This document shows positions 22,522-33,511 of a stretch of 63,359 nt of DNA, piece after piece. Position numbers and translations under genes: made by a program. The stretch comes from Prasinococcaceae sp. CCMP 1430 (Eukaryota; Plantae; Prasinodermophyta), in contig RQSC01000602.1 of assembly GCA_013416795.1 (NCBI GenBank), forward strand, positions 12,220 to 75,578, given 5' to 3'. Positions within the stretch are counted from its first letter, which is position 1, and each line of letters opens with the position of its first letter. The notes under the pieces are model-generated. The model did not search any database, was not told the origin of the DNA, and saw only the letters and a program-made list of their open reading frames with translations.

Positions 22522-22936
22522 TCGGCGAGTATGGAGTAAGGACTGGGCACGTGCTGAGGAGCGCACCACTCCATCGCGCGTGGCGCCGGTGCCGTCGGTG
22601 GATTGTCGCACGCAAGGGCCTATCTGGGCAGCTCGAAGGGAAGCGCTGCTCTGCCGACGCTGGACGCATGCATGTCCCGCCTGCACGCGCGCCACTTTAC
22701 TACTACTGTAGTCTATAAGAATCGCGACCGCGCACCCTTAGTTACGTGCGTCATCTGCCGCCGCGCCTGCCTCGTCCCTCTCGACCGCGGCCTGCAGCAA
22801 GGCGTCGAGCCGGTCGGAGTGTGCGTTGTCCTTGCTGCCGCGGCAGCGACTCGAGGGAACGGCGGAGGTAACTGAGACTCGCTGAACAATGCACTAAGAT
22901 CACACGGGCTGTTGCATGCCTCGATCGACACGTCTC

Positions 22937-23324
22937 AGGCTTGCTAGACCGGGGAACTCCTTCAACGGCCGCAAAGCGGCCTGGCCCTGCGGCACCGCGG
23001 GCGGCAGCATACGCAGACGCGTGCTCCGCCCCCGGCTATGACCACTGACCAACCCACAGCCAGACAGGCAGGGTAAGGCAGCGAGCGAAGCACATGCGGG
23101 GACCCCTGCCTGTCTGTCCACCCGTCGCAACCCCCGACCCCCCGCACGCCGCCCCGCGGGGGCAGCGCGTGCCCCCGAAGAGTCACCCCCCCAACGCAGG
23201 CCCCCCTCACCATCATATCATATGCAGGGGAAGAGCGCCGGACTGGGTGAGGCTTCCGTGGGGTGACTGCCAATGATTGGTCACTCGTCCGCGCGATGAG
23301 ACCGGGGCTCATCCGTCCGAGCCT
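22937..23324. ncRNA. Candidate structured non-coding RNA, class and strand unresolved
   Basis: Nested stems: 23062-73/23104-15 (12 bp), 23181-89/23260-68 (9 bp), 23205-11/23246-52, 23046-52/23277-83, 22949-54/23030-35. No convincing ORF. Confidence 0.4.
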
Positions 23325-24203
23325 TCGCCTGCCCGGGTGTGTGGGGTCGGGCCGGGCTGGGGTCCGTCGTGCGGCCCTGCCGGCACGCTCTCCGGAATCC
23401 CTATCGTTCTCCCGCCGAAGTTCTCGCCAGCGCCGGTGGCGTCGGCCCGGTCCGGCCCCGCCGGCGATCCAGCCGGGGGGGAGGGGCGCGCATGTGGCCA
23501 TCATCACCATTGCGAACGAGTCGAGTTGAGTTCAGTTTCATGTCGGTCTTTTGGGGCGCATTTGGGGTGAATTACCACAAAGAGGGTTCCCAAAAGTCTC
23601 GCAGGCCTCTTTCCTTTGGCTTTTTTTTGCGCTGGCTTTTTTCTTCGGTGTTTTTTTTTTTAAATACGTTTTCGGGGGTGGCTTTTTTGCTTTGGCGTTT
23701 CTCCTTTGTTTTTTTTGCGTTGTTTTTGTTTAAAAAACTTTTTTCTTTCGCGGGCTCTGGCTTTGGCTGTGGGCTCTCTGGTTTTCGCCGGCCCTTTGTT
23801 TCCCGCCCTTTCGCGCGGCGGCGTTTTCGTCCGCGCTTTCGTTCCCGCGCGCTCCGCCGCGCCCGCCGCGGCGCCCTGCGTTTCGACCTCGGCCGTCGCC
23901 GTCTTTCCCACCGAGGCGCCGCTTTCGTCGCGGGTCCCGTTCGCGCGTCTCCCGCCCGCGCGCCCCCTGAAAGCGTTTTTTTTTCGCGCGCGTTTTTTGC
24001 GGGCCGCCGACGGCCGCATGCGCGCGATCGTTTGGATCGGGCGGCCGCGCCCGCCGGCGGTTTCGCGGAGGGGCGCCGCGCGGGTTCGCGCGCGGGCTGC
24101 GGGCGGCCATCGGAAACCGCGGAAGGGGAGGATTTCGCGGGCGGGGGTTACGACGCGCGCGCGCGCGCGCGGTGAGGGTGCGTGGGAGTGAGCGAGTGGC
24201 CAG

Positions 24204-27200
24204 ATGACGGGGCCGCGCCGCGTCGCCGCCAAGGCGCTCACGCCCGAGCTCTTCGACCTCGCCGCGCGCGCGGGAGACTCTGGCGACGCCCTCGCCGCCC
24301 TCGTCGTCGGCGCTGGGGCCGGCTTCGTCGGCGTCAAGGCGCTCAGCGGCGATTCGGGCGAGAGCACGGTGCGTGCAGCAGGGAAGCGCGCGATGGCGCG
24401 GTCGCTCGCGGCGCCGCCCCCGCCGCGCGATGAGATACGCGCCATCGCGCGCTCGGGCGCCCGGCGAAACCCTTCGAGTCGCGTGGTGCCCTGCGCCGCG
24501 CGCGTCGAAGGGCGCGCGGGCCACGCGGTGGGACATGCGCGCGAGCACAACGGCGCGAAGCCGACGCGGACGCGGTCATTCCACACCTCGTGTGCGCCCT
24601 GGCGCCCGCGCTGACACGCACTCCCGACGCGCGGCGCGCCCGGCCTCGCGCGACCCAGACCAAGAGCGCGCCCAAGACCAAGACCGCGACCAAGGCCGGG
24701 GATGTGACCGAGAAGGAGGTCCTCGAGTGCCAGAAGAACTGGGCGAAGGCCATCACGACTATCAGCAAGACCTACCTCGATGGGGGTGACTTCGTTGGTG
24801 CGGCCGGCAAGGCCGCCGGTGAGCTCTACGGCTACGGCAAGTGCGACGTGCTCTTCAAGCCCACCAAGGCGGCGGATGTGCCCTTCCGCCCCGAGGGCGC
24901 GGACGCCATGTCGTACTTCGTCGGCGCCAAGAACGTCGAGGAGGGCGCCATCGCCGAGGACGGCGGCTTCGCCATCAACGGCGGCAAGGGCTGGAGCAAG
25001 GTTGTCTTCACCAACCACCAGGTCGAGCTCAACGGCCCGACTGCCGTTGCCATGGGCTCGTACGTGTTCACCTGTGCCACGACTGGCGCCGAGTCGAAGG
25101 TGGAGTACACCTTCGGCTACAAGCGCAACGACGACGGCAAGGTGCGCATCTTCCTGCACCACTCGTCCGTGCCCTACGTGGAGCCGGCGGTGCCTGTGAC
25201 TGAGGAGGAGGTCCTCGAGTGCCAGAAGAACTGGGCCAACGCCATCAAGACCATCAGCAAGATCTACAAGGAGGAGGGCGACTTCGTCGCCGCCGCTGGT
25301 GAGGCTGCCGGTGAGCTGTACGGCTACGGCAAGTGCGACGTGCTCTTCAAGCCCACCAAGGCTGCCGAGGTTGCGTTCCGCCCGACCGGCGCCGATGCCA
25401 TGTCGTACTTCGTGGGCGCCAAGAACGTCGAGGAGGGAGCGATCGCCGAGGATGGCGGCTTCGCCATCAACGGCGGCAAGGGCTGGAGCGACGTGGTGTT
25501 CACCAACCACCAGATCAGCCTGAACGGCCCCTCGGCGCAGGCCATGGGCTCGTACGTGTTCACGTGCGCGACTACCGGCGCCGAGTCCAAGGTGGAGTAC
25601 ACCTTCGGCTACAAGCGCAACGACGACGGCAAGGTGCGCATCTACCTGCACCACTCGTCGGTGCCCTACGTCGAGGCACCGGCGCCCATCACCGAGGCTG
25701 AGGTGCTCGAGTGCCAGAAGAACTGGGCCGCCGCCATCAAGGGCTGCAGCCAGATTTACAAGGATGGCGGCGACTTCGTCGGCGCCGCCGCCGAGGCGGC
25801 TGGCCAGCTGTACGGCTACGGCAAGACCGACGTGCTCTTCAAGCCCACCAAGGCTGCTGAGGTGCCTTTCCGCCCCTCGGCTGAGGACGCGATGTCGTAC
25901 TTTGTGGGCGCGAAGAACGTCGAGAGCGGCGCGATTGCCGAGGACGGCGGCTTCGCCATCAACGGCGGCAAGGGCTGGAGCGACGTGGTGTTCACCAACC
26001 ACAAGATCGACCTCAACGGTCCCTCCGCGCAGGCGATGGGCTCGTACGTTTTCACGTGCGCGACCACCGGCGCCGAGTCGAAGGTTGAGTACACCTTCGG
26101 CTACAAGCGCAACGACGACGGCAAGGTGCGCATCTACCTCCACCACTCGTCGGTGCCGTATGCTGAGGTGCCGGCTCCCATTACCAAGGAAGAGGTCTTC
26201 GAATGCCAGGCCAACTGGGCCGCGGCGATCCAGTCGATCAGCAAGACGTACCTCGACGGTGGCGACTTCGTTGCCCAGGCTGGCGAGGCCGCGGGCCTGC
26301 TGTACGGCTACGGCAAGTGCGACGTGCTCTTCAAGCCCACCAAGGCGGCGGATGTGCCCTTCCGCCCCGAGGGCGCGGACGCCATGTCGTACTTCGTCGG
26401 CGCCAAGAACGTCACTGAGGGCGCCATCGCCGAGGATGGCGGCTTCGCCATCAACGGCGGCAAGGGCTGGAGCAAGGTTGTGTTCAGCAACCACAAGGTT
26501 GACCTGAACGGCTCCACCGCGCAGGCGATGGGCTCGTACGTGTTCACGTGCGCGACTACCGGCGCCGAGTCCAAGGTGGAGTACACCTTCGGCTACAAGC
26601 GCAACGACGACGGCAAGGTGCGCATCTACCTCCACCACTCGTCCGTGCCCTACGTCGAGGCACCGGCGCCCATCACCGAGGCTGAGGTGCTCGAGTGCCA
26701 GGCCAACTGGGCCAACGCCATTGAGTCCATCAGCAAGACGTACCTCGACGGCGGTGACTTCGTCGGTGCTGCGGGCGAGGCCGCGGGCCTGCTGTACGGC
26801 TACGGCAAGACCGACGTGCTCTTCAAGCCCACCAAGGCGGCTGAGGTGGCCTTCCGCCCGACCGGTGCTGATGCCATGTCGTACTTCGTGGGCGCCAAGA
26901 ACGTCAAGGAGGGCGCCATCGCCGAGGATGGCGGCTTCGCCATCAACGGCGGCAAGGGCTGGAGCAAGGTGGTCTTCGACAACCACAACATCAGCCTGAA
27001 CGGCCCCTCGGCGCAGGCCATGGGCTCGTACGTGTTCACCTGTGCCACGACCGGCGCCGAGTCGAAGGTGGAGTACACCTTCGGCTACAAGCGCAACGAC
27101 GACGGCAAGGTGCGCATCTACCTCCACCACTCGTCGGTGCCCTACGTCGAGGCTACTGCGCCTATTACCGAGGCCGAGGTGCTCGAGTGCCAGGCCAACT

Positions 27201-28690
27201 GGGCGGCCGCCATCAAGTCCATCAGCAAGACGTACCTTGACGGCGGCGACTTCGTTGGCGCCGCGGGCGAGGCTGCTGGCAAGCTGTACGGCTACGGCAA
27301 GTCTGAGGTGCTCTTCAAGCCCACCAAGGCGGCGGAGGTCGCCTTCCGCCCCGAGGCCGCGGATGCCATGTCGTACTTTGTTGGTGCGAAGAACGTCACT
27401 GAGGGCGCGATCGCCGAGGACGGTGGCTTCGCCATCAACGGTGGCGCGGGCTGGAGCGACGTGGTGTTCACCAACCACCAGATCAGCCTGAACGGCCCCT
27501 CGGCGCAGGCCATGGGCTCGTACGTGTTCACCAACGCCACCACCGGCGCCGAGTCGAAGGTGGAGTACACCTTCGGCTACAAGCGCAACGACGACGGCAA
27601 GGTGCGCATCTACCTGCACCACTCGTCGGTGCCTTACGTCGAGATGCCCGCGCCCATCACCGAGGCCGAGGTGCTCGAGTGCCAGGCCAACTGGGCCAAC
27701 GCCATCAAGACCATTAGCAAGACGTACCTTGATGGTGGCGACTTCGTCGGTGCTGCGGGCGAGGCCGCCGGCCTGCTCTACGGCTACGGCAAGTCCGAGG
27801 TGCTCTTCAAGCCCACCAAGGCCGCCGAGGTCCCCTTCCGCCCCACGGCGGAGGAGGCCATGTCGTACTTCGTCGGCGCGAAGAACGTCGGTGGCGAGCA
27901 GGGATTCCTGGCCAAGGCCTTCGGCAAGGACGGCGCGGGTGGCATCCCTGAGGACGGCGGCTTCGCCATCAACGGTGGCGCGGGCTGGAGCGACGTGGTG
28001 TTCACCAACCACCAGATCAGCCTGAACGGCCCCTCGGCGCAGGCCATGGGCTCGTACGTGTTCACCAACGCCACCACCGGCGCCGAGTCGAAGGTGGAGT
28101 ACACCTTCGGCTACAAGCGCAACGACGACGGCAAGGTGCGCATCTACCTGCACCATTCGTCCGTGCCTTACGTCGAGATGCCCGCGCCGGTCACTGAGGA
28201 GGAGGTCCTCGAGTGCCAGAAGAACTGGGCCAACGCCATCAAGACCATCAGCAAGATCTACAAGGAGGAGGGCGACTTCGTCGCCGCCGCTGGTGAGGCT
28301 GCCGGTGAGCTGTACGGCTACGGCCACTGCGACGTGCTCTTCAAGCCCACCAAGGCGGCCGAGGTGGCCTTCCGCCCGACCGGCGCGGACGCCATGTCGT
28401 ACTTCGTGGGCGCGAAGAACGTCAAGGAGGGCGCCATCGCCGAGGACGGCGGCTTCGCCATCAACGGCGGCGAGGGCTGGAGCAACGTGGTCTTCACCAA
28501 CCACAAGATCGACTGCAACGCTGGCACTGCGATCGCCATGGGCTCGTATATCTTCACCAATGCCACGACCGGTGATGAGTCCAAGGTTGAGTACACCTTC
28601 GGCTACAAGCGCTGTGACGACGGCAAGGTGCGCATCTTCCTGCACCACTCGTCGGTGCCGTACTCGGTGCCGGCGCCGGTCGTCGCGTAG
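24204..28690 (+). CDS. Iota carbonic anhydrase, COG4337 type, 8 tandem catalytic domains
   Basis: Exons 24204-24368 and 24659-28690. Eight ~164-aa units (492-nt period), each with EVLECQxNW, YGYG..VLFKPT, AMSYFVG, EYTFGYKR and LHHSSVPY. HHSS and VLFKPT are the known COG4337 iota-CA motifs. Confidence 0.9.
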
Positions 28691-28914
28691 ACCGCTGCTG
28701 CCGCTCTCACGCGCGCGTCTACATAAGTATGAAAAACCCGTGAGTACCAATGCGAACGTCGGACGCCGCCGCACGGCTGCGCGTGGCGCGTTGCCTCGAG
28801 AGCGACTACATGATTATTATCGTGCGATTTTTGTCGCGCGTGTGCGCGCGCGAGCGAGGCCTGGCGCGGGTGTGCGACGCCATCGGCTTGTGCGCGCGAG
28901 AGCGCGCGGACGCG

Positions 28915-30113
28915 TCATCCGGCCGGTCCCGCGTGGCCCCCGCACACCCAGCGCACATCGGACGCGATGGTGACCTCCTCAGTCTCGCCCGCACGCAGCG
29001 TGCGCCACGAGCACTGGCAGCAGTACGCCGCTGCGCCGCGCGACACCACGGCGCCTGGAGCGAGGCGATGCTCGTCGGGCGCCGCGTTGCGGAAAAAGAG
29101 CTCGTCAACCACACCATCGCGCCACGCGCGGTCGTCGAGCGCGACCACCTGCGCACGTGCGCGTGCGCGTGCGTGCGTGCGGGCGGGCGGGCGTGTGCCC
29201 GCGGGTGTGGAGGTATCCGTGCGACGACAATGAGCATGGATCAGAAGGATTCTGCGTGCGCTCGCACAAGCGCACGCGCACGCTCGAACCCGCGCTTGCA
29301 AGCACGCTTGGGCACACACACGGCTTGTGGCGTACAGCGAGCGAGCGCCCGCGCGGCGTGCGTGCGCATGCACGCGCGCGCACGCGTTCCACCGCGCGCA
29401 CGAGCAGCCCGCCTCTCCGAACGACGCCCGCGTGTGCGCGCGTGCGCCCCACGCACCTCGAAATCGCAGCGCGTGCATATTAGACGGTCGCACCGCCTCT
29501 GCCGGGTGGCCTCGCACAGCCCCGCGGGTGCCGTCGCACCGCCGAGCAGCACGCGCGCGCACCGGAGGCCGCCGCCGCCGCTGCGGGCGCGCTTGGCCGC
29601 GTGAATGCTGCCAATGCCGCCCGCGCGGACGCCGCCGACCCCGCCGCCGACGCCCGCGCCGGGCCCGGCGCCGAGACCAACGCTGCCGCCGAATCCGCCA
29701 CCAGGGAGGAGGCCACCGTCGAGTCCACTTCAACCGACGCCGCCGCTTGGGCGAAGTCAGTGTTCGGCGCTCGCGCGATGCGCATGCACGCGCACACCAT
29801 GCGCACGCGCGCGCGCTCTATCCCTCGCTCTATCCCTCGCTCGCTCGCCCGCTCGCTCTCGCTCGCGCGCGTTGCCGCACGAACAGGCACGCGCGTGGAC
29901 GCGCGCGCGTGGGCGCGCGCACGCGCACGTGCACGCGCGTGCTCTCTTGCACACGCGTTTTCCCTCGTGCGCGCACCTTGTGCTCTTGGTTCTGGTGGCG
30001 TCGGCGCCGCCCCCACCTTGGCCTCCGCCACCTCCTCTGCCACCGCCTCCGTTGACGCCGCTGCTGTCGAGCTCGGCGAGCAGCTCGTCGATGGAGCCCG
30101 GCGCGTGCGGCAC
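28915..30113 (-). CDS. CFAP418/C8orf37-like ciliary protein; start codon not found
   Basis: IDELLAELDS near 30090; RCARVLLGG...RCDRLICTRCDFE exon ending 29457; last exon 29148-28915 DRAWRDGVVDELFFRNAAPD...AYCCQCSWRT...VRWVCGGH matches the family C-terminus from memory. Confidence 0.8.
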
Positions 30114-30175
30114 GGGCGGCGCGCGCGCCGCCGCAGGTAGAGCGCCGGCGCTTTGCCACGCGCCGCCGGCCGCAG

Positions 30176-33100
30176 CCCGAGCTCTTCGACCTCGCCGCGA
30201 GCGCCGATGCCACGGACGCGCTCACCGCGTTCCTGGGCGGCGTCGTCCTCGGCGGCGGCGCCGCGCTCGCCGCCGGCGGCAAGAGCGAGTCGACGGAGGC
30301 CGCGCCCGCGACCAAGGAGGTCGCCGAGACGGCCACCGAGGAGGTCGTCGACCCGGTCACCGAGGCCGAGGTGCTCGAGTGCCAGAAGAACTGGGCCGAG
30401 GCCATCAAGTCCATCAGCAAGACGTACCTCGACGGCGGCGACTTCGTCGGCGCCGCGGGCGACGCCGCCGGCGTCCTGTACGGCTACGGCAAGACCAACG
30501 TGCTCTTCAAGCCGACCAAGGCGGCGGAGGTCCCCTTCCGCCCCGAGGGCGCGGACGCGATGTCGTACTTCGTGGGCGCCAAGAACGTCACTGAGGGCGC
30601 GATCGCCGAGGATGGCGGCTTCGCCATCAACGGCGGCAAGGGCTGGAGCGACGTGGTCTTCACCAACCACAAGATCGACCTCAACGGCCCGACTGCCATT
30701 GCCATGGGCTCGTACGTGTTCACCTGCGCGACCACCGGCGCCGAGTCCAAGGTTGAGTACACCTTCGGCTACAAGCGCAACGACGACGGCAAGGTGCGCA
30801 TCTTCCTGCACCACTCGTCCGTGCCCTACGTGGACATGCCCGCGCCTGTGACTGAGGCCGAGGTGCTCGAGTGCCAGAAGAACTGGGCCGAGGCCATTCA
30901 GTCGATCAGCAAGACGTACCTCGACGGCGGTGACTTCGTCGGCGCCGCGGGCGAGGCCGCCGGCGTCCTGTACGGCTACGGCAAGACCGACGTGCTCTTC
31001 AAGCCCACCAAGGCTGCCGAGGTTGCGTTCCGCCCGACTGGTGCCGATGCCATGTCGTACTTCGTGGGCGCCAAGAACGTCACGGAGGGCGCCATCGCCG
31101 AGGACGGTGGCTTCGCCATCAACGGCGGCAAGGGCTGGAGCAAGGTCGTGTTCACCAACCACAACATCAGCCTGAACGGCCCCTCGGCGCAGGCCATGGG
31201 CTCGTACGTGTTCACCTGTGCCACGACCGGCGCTGAGTCCAAGGTGGAGTACACCTTCGGCTACAAGCGCAACGACGACGGCAAGGTGCGCATCTACCTG
31301 CACCACTCGTCGGTGCCCTACGTCGAGGCGCCCGTGCCCGTGACCGAGGAGGAGGTGCTCGAGTGCCAGGCCAACTGGGCGGCCGCCATCGAGTCCATCA
31401 GCAAGACGTACCTTGAGGGTGGCGACTTCGTGGGTGCCGCCGGCGAGGCTGCCGGCCAGCTCTACGGCTATGGCAAGTGCGACGTCCTCTTCAAGCCCAC
31501 CAAGGCGGCGGAGGTCCCCTTCCGCCCCGAGGGTGCGGACGCCATGTCGTACTTCGTGGGCGCCAAGAACGTCGAGGAGGGCGCCATCGCCGAGGACGGC
31601 GGCTTCGCCATCAACGGCGGCAAGGGCTGGAGCAAGGTTGTGTTCAGCAACCACAAGGTTGACCTGAACGGCTCCACCGCGCAGGCGATGGGCTCGTACG
31701 TGTTCACGTGCGCGACTACCGGCGCCGAGTCCAAGGTGGAGTACACCTTCGGCTACAAGCGCAACGACGACGGCAAGGTGCGCATCTACCTGCACCACTC
31801 GTCGGTGCCCTACGTCGACAACACTCCGGTCACCGAGGCTGAGGTGCTCGAGTGCCAGAAGAACTGGGCCAACGCCATCAAGACCATCAGCAAGATCTAC
31901 AAGGAGGATGGTGACTTCGTTGGTGCCGCCGGCGAGGCCGCGGGCCAGCTCTACGGCTATGGCAAGTGCGACGTGCTCTTCAAGCCCACCAAGGCCGCCG
32001 AGGTCCCCTTCCGCCCCGAGGGCGCGGACGCCATGTCGTACTTCGTCGGCGCCAAGAACGTCGAGGAGGGCGCCATCGCCGAGGACGGCGGCTTCGCCAT
32101 CAACGGCGGCAAGGGCTGGAGCGACGTGGTCTTCACCAACCACAAGATCGACTGCAACGGGTCCACCGCGCAGGCGATGGGCTCGTACGTTTTTACGTGC
32201 GCGACCACCGGCGCCGAGTCCAAGGTGGAGTACACCTTCGGCTACAAGCGCAACGACGACGGCAAGGTGCGCATCTACCTGCACCACTCGTCCGTGCCCT
32301 ACGTCGACAACACTCCGGTCACCGAGGCCGAGGTGCTCGAGTGCCAGGCCAACTGGGCGGCTGCCATCAAGGAGATCAGCGCGAAGTACATCACCAAGGG
32401 TGACTTCGTCGCGACCGCCGCCGAGGCGGCTGGCAAGCTGTACGGCTACGGCAAGACCGACGTGCTCTTCAAGCCGACCAAGGCGGCGGACGTGCCCTTC
32501 CGCCCCACCCCGGAGGAGGCCATGTCGTACTTCGTTGGCGCCAAGAACGTCGAGAACGGCATCTCGGAGGATGGCGGCTTCGCCATCAACGGTGGCGATG
32601 GCTGGAGCGACGTGGTGTTCACCAACCACCAGATCAGCCTGAACGGCCCCTCGGCGCAGGCCATGGGCTCGTACGTGTTCACCAACGCCACCACCGGCGC
32701 CGAGTCGAAGGTGGAGTACACCTTCGGCTACAAGCGCAACGACGACGGCAAGGTGCGCATCTACCTGCACCACTCGTCGGTGCCCTACGTCGACATGCCC
32801 GCGCCCATCACCGAGGCCGAGGTGCTCGAGGCTCAGGCCAACTGGGCCAGCGCCATCAAGACCATCAGCAAGACGTACGCCGACGGTGGTGACTTCGTTG
32901 CCGCCGCAGGCGAGGCCGCGGGCCTGCTGTACGGCTACGGCAAGACCGACGTGCTCTTCAAGCCCACCAAGGCGGCGGAAGTGGCCTTCCGCCCGACCGG
33001 CGCGGACGCCATGTCGTACTTCGTGGGTGCGAAGAATGTCAAGGAGGGCGCCATCGCTGAGGATGGCGGCTTCGCCATCAACGGCGGCAAGGGCTGGAGC

Positions 33101-33319
33101 GACGTTGTCTTCACGAACCACAACATTGCGCTCAACCCCGACAACGCCATCGCCATGGGCTCGTACGTGTTCACGTGCGCGACTACCGGCGAGGAGTCGA
33201 AGGTGGAGTACACCTTCGGCTACAAGCGCAACGACGACGGCAAGGTGCGCATCTTCCTGCACCACTCGTCCGTGCCCTACTCGGTGCCCGTGCCCGCCGT
33301 GGAGAACGTGGCCGCCTAA
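30176..33319 (+). CDS. Iota carbonic anhydrase, COG4337 type, 6 tandem domains; start codon not found
   Basis: In frame from PELFDLAAS at 30176 through six HHSSVPY-ending units to the stop at 33317-33319. Confidence 0.88.
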   Translation, partial: PELFDLAASADATDALTAFLGGVVLGGGAALAAGGKSESTEAAPATKEVAETATEEVVDPVTEAEVLECQKNWAEAIKSISKTYLDGGDFVGAAGDAAGVLYGYGKTNVLFKPTKAAEVPFRPEGADAMSYFVGAKNVTEGAIAEDGGFAINGGKGWSDVVFTNHKIDLNGPTAIAMGSYVFTCATTGAESKVEYTFGYKRNDDGKVRIFLHHSSVPYVDMPAPVTEAEVLECQKNWAEAIQSISKTYLDGGDFVGAAGEAAGVLYGYGKTDVLFKPTKAAEVAFRPTGADAMSYFVGAKNVTEGAIAEDGGFAINGGKGWSKVVFTNHNISLNGPSAQAMGSYVFTCATTGAESKVEYTFGYKRNDDGKVRIYLHHSSVPYVEAPVPVTEEEVLECQANWAAAIESISKTYLEGGDFVGAAGEAAGQLYGYGKCDVLFKPTKAAEVPFRPEGADAMSYFVGAKNVEEGAIAEDGGFAINGGKGWSKVVFSNHKVDLNGSTAQAMGSYVFTCATTGAESKVEYTFGYKRNDDGKVRIYLHHSSVPYVDNTPVTEAEVLECQKNWANAIKTISKIYKEDGDFVGAAGEAAGQLYGYGKCDVLFKPTKAAEVPFRPEGADAMSYFVGAKNVEEGAIAEDGGFAINGGKGWSDVVFTNHKIDCNGSTAQAMGSYVFTCATTGAESKVEYTFGYKRNDDGKVRIYLHHSSVPYVDNTPVTEAEVLECQANWAAAIKEISAKYITKGDFVATAAEAAGKLYGYGKTDVLFKPTKAADVPFRPTPEEAMSYFVGAKNVENGISEDGGFAINGGDGWSDVVFTNHQISLNGPSAQAMGSYVFTNATTGAESKVEYTFGYKRNDDGKVRIYLHHSSVPYVDMPAPITEAEVLEAQANWASAIKTISKTYADGGDFVAAAGEAAGLLYGYGKTDVLFKPTKAAEVAFRPTGADAMSYFVGAKNVKEGAIAEDGGFAINGGKGWSDVVFTNHNIALNPDNAIAMGSYVFTCATTGEESKVEYTFGYKRNDDGKVRIFLHHSSVPYSVPVPAVENVAA

Positions 33320-33349
33320 TTGGCTCGCCGTCCGATGCGCGCGTTCTAA

Positions 33350-33354
33350 TGTAA
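33350..33354 (+). terminator. TGTAA green-algal polyadenylation signal (representative example)
   Basis: TGTAA lies shortly after + strand stops at 2730, 6650, 33350, 43629 and 61399. UGUAA is the established chlorophyte near-upstream poly(A) element. Confidence 0.55.
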
Positions 33355-33511
33355 GCGACCTACAGAATGCGCACACTCGGCAGCGACAGTCCCTCACTCA
33401 GGCCCTGCGCGCTTGCGGGCTCTTGCTGCGCTTGCATGCATGCGCAAAGAGAGGCGTTACAGACCCACGCTGCGCACACTCCAGCGCGCGCCCGGTCGCG
33501 CGCGTCCCCCT

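Noticed and set aside
22937-23324. Telomerase RNA, SRP RNA or confident RNase MRP call
   Set aside because: No CCCTAA(A) template on either strand, no SRP helix-8 motif, and no canonical CR-I; kept only as an unclassified candidate.
24700-33300. Regular repeats as a CRISPR array or satellite
   Set aside because: Units are ~492 nt, in frame and protein coding, with no unique spacers.
23660-33397. Very long minus-strand ORFs (1704 aa, 1305 aa) and repeated 92-aa ORFs over the CA genes; similar ORFs over the PPase, protease and TTLL
   Set aside because: Antisense or off-frame shadows caused by extreme GC3 bias in the real genes; no protein motifs.
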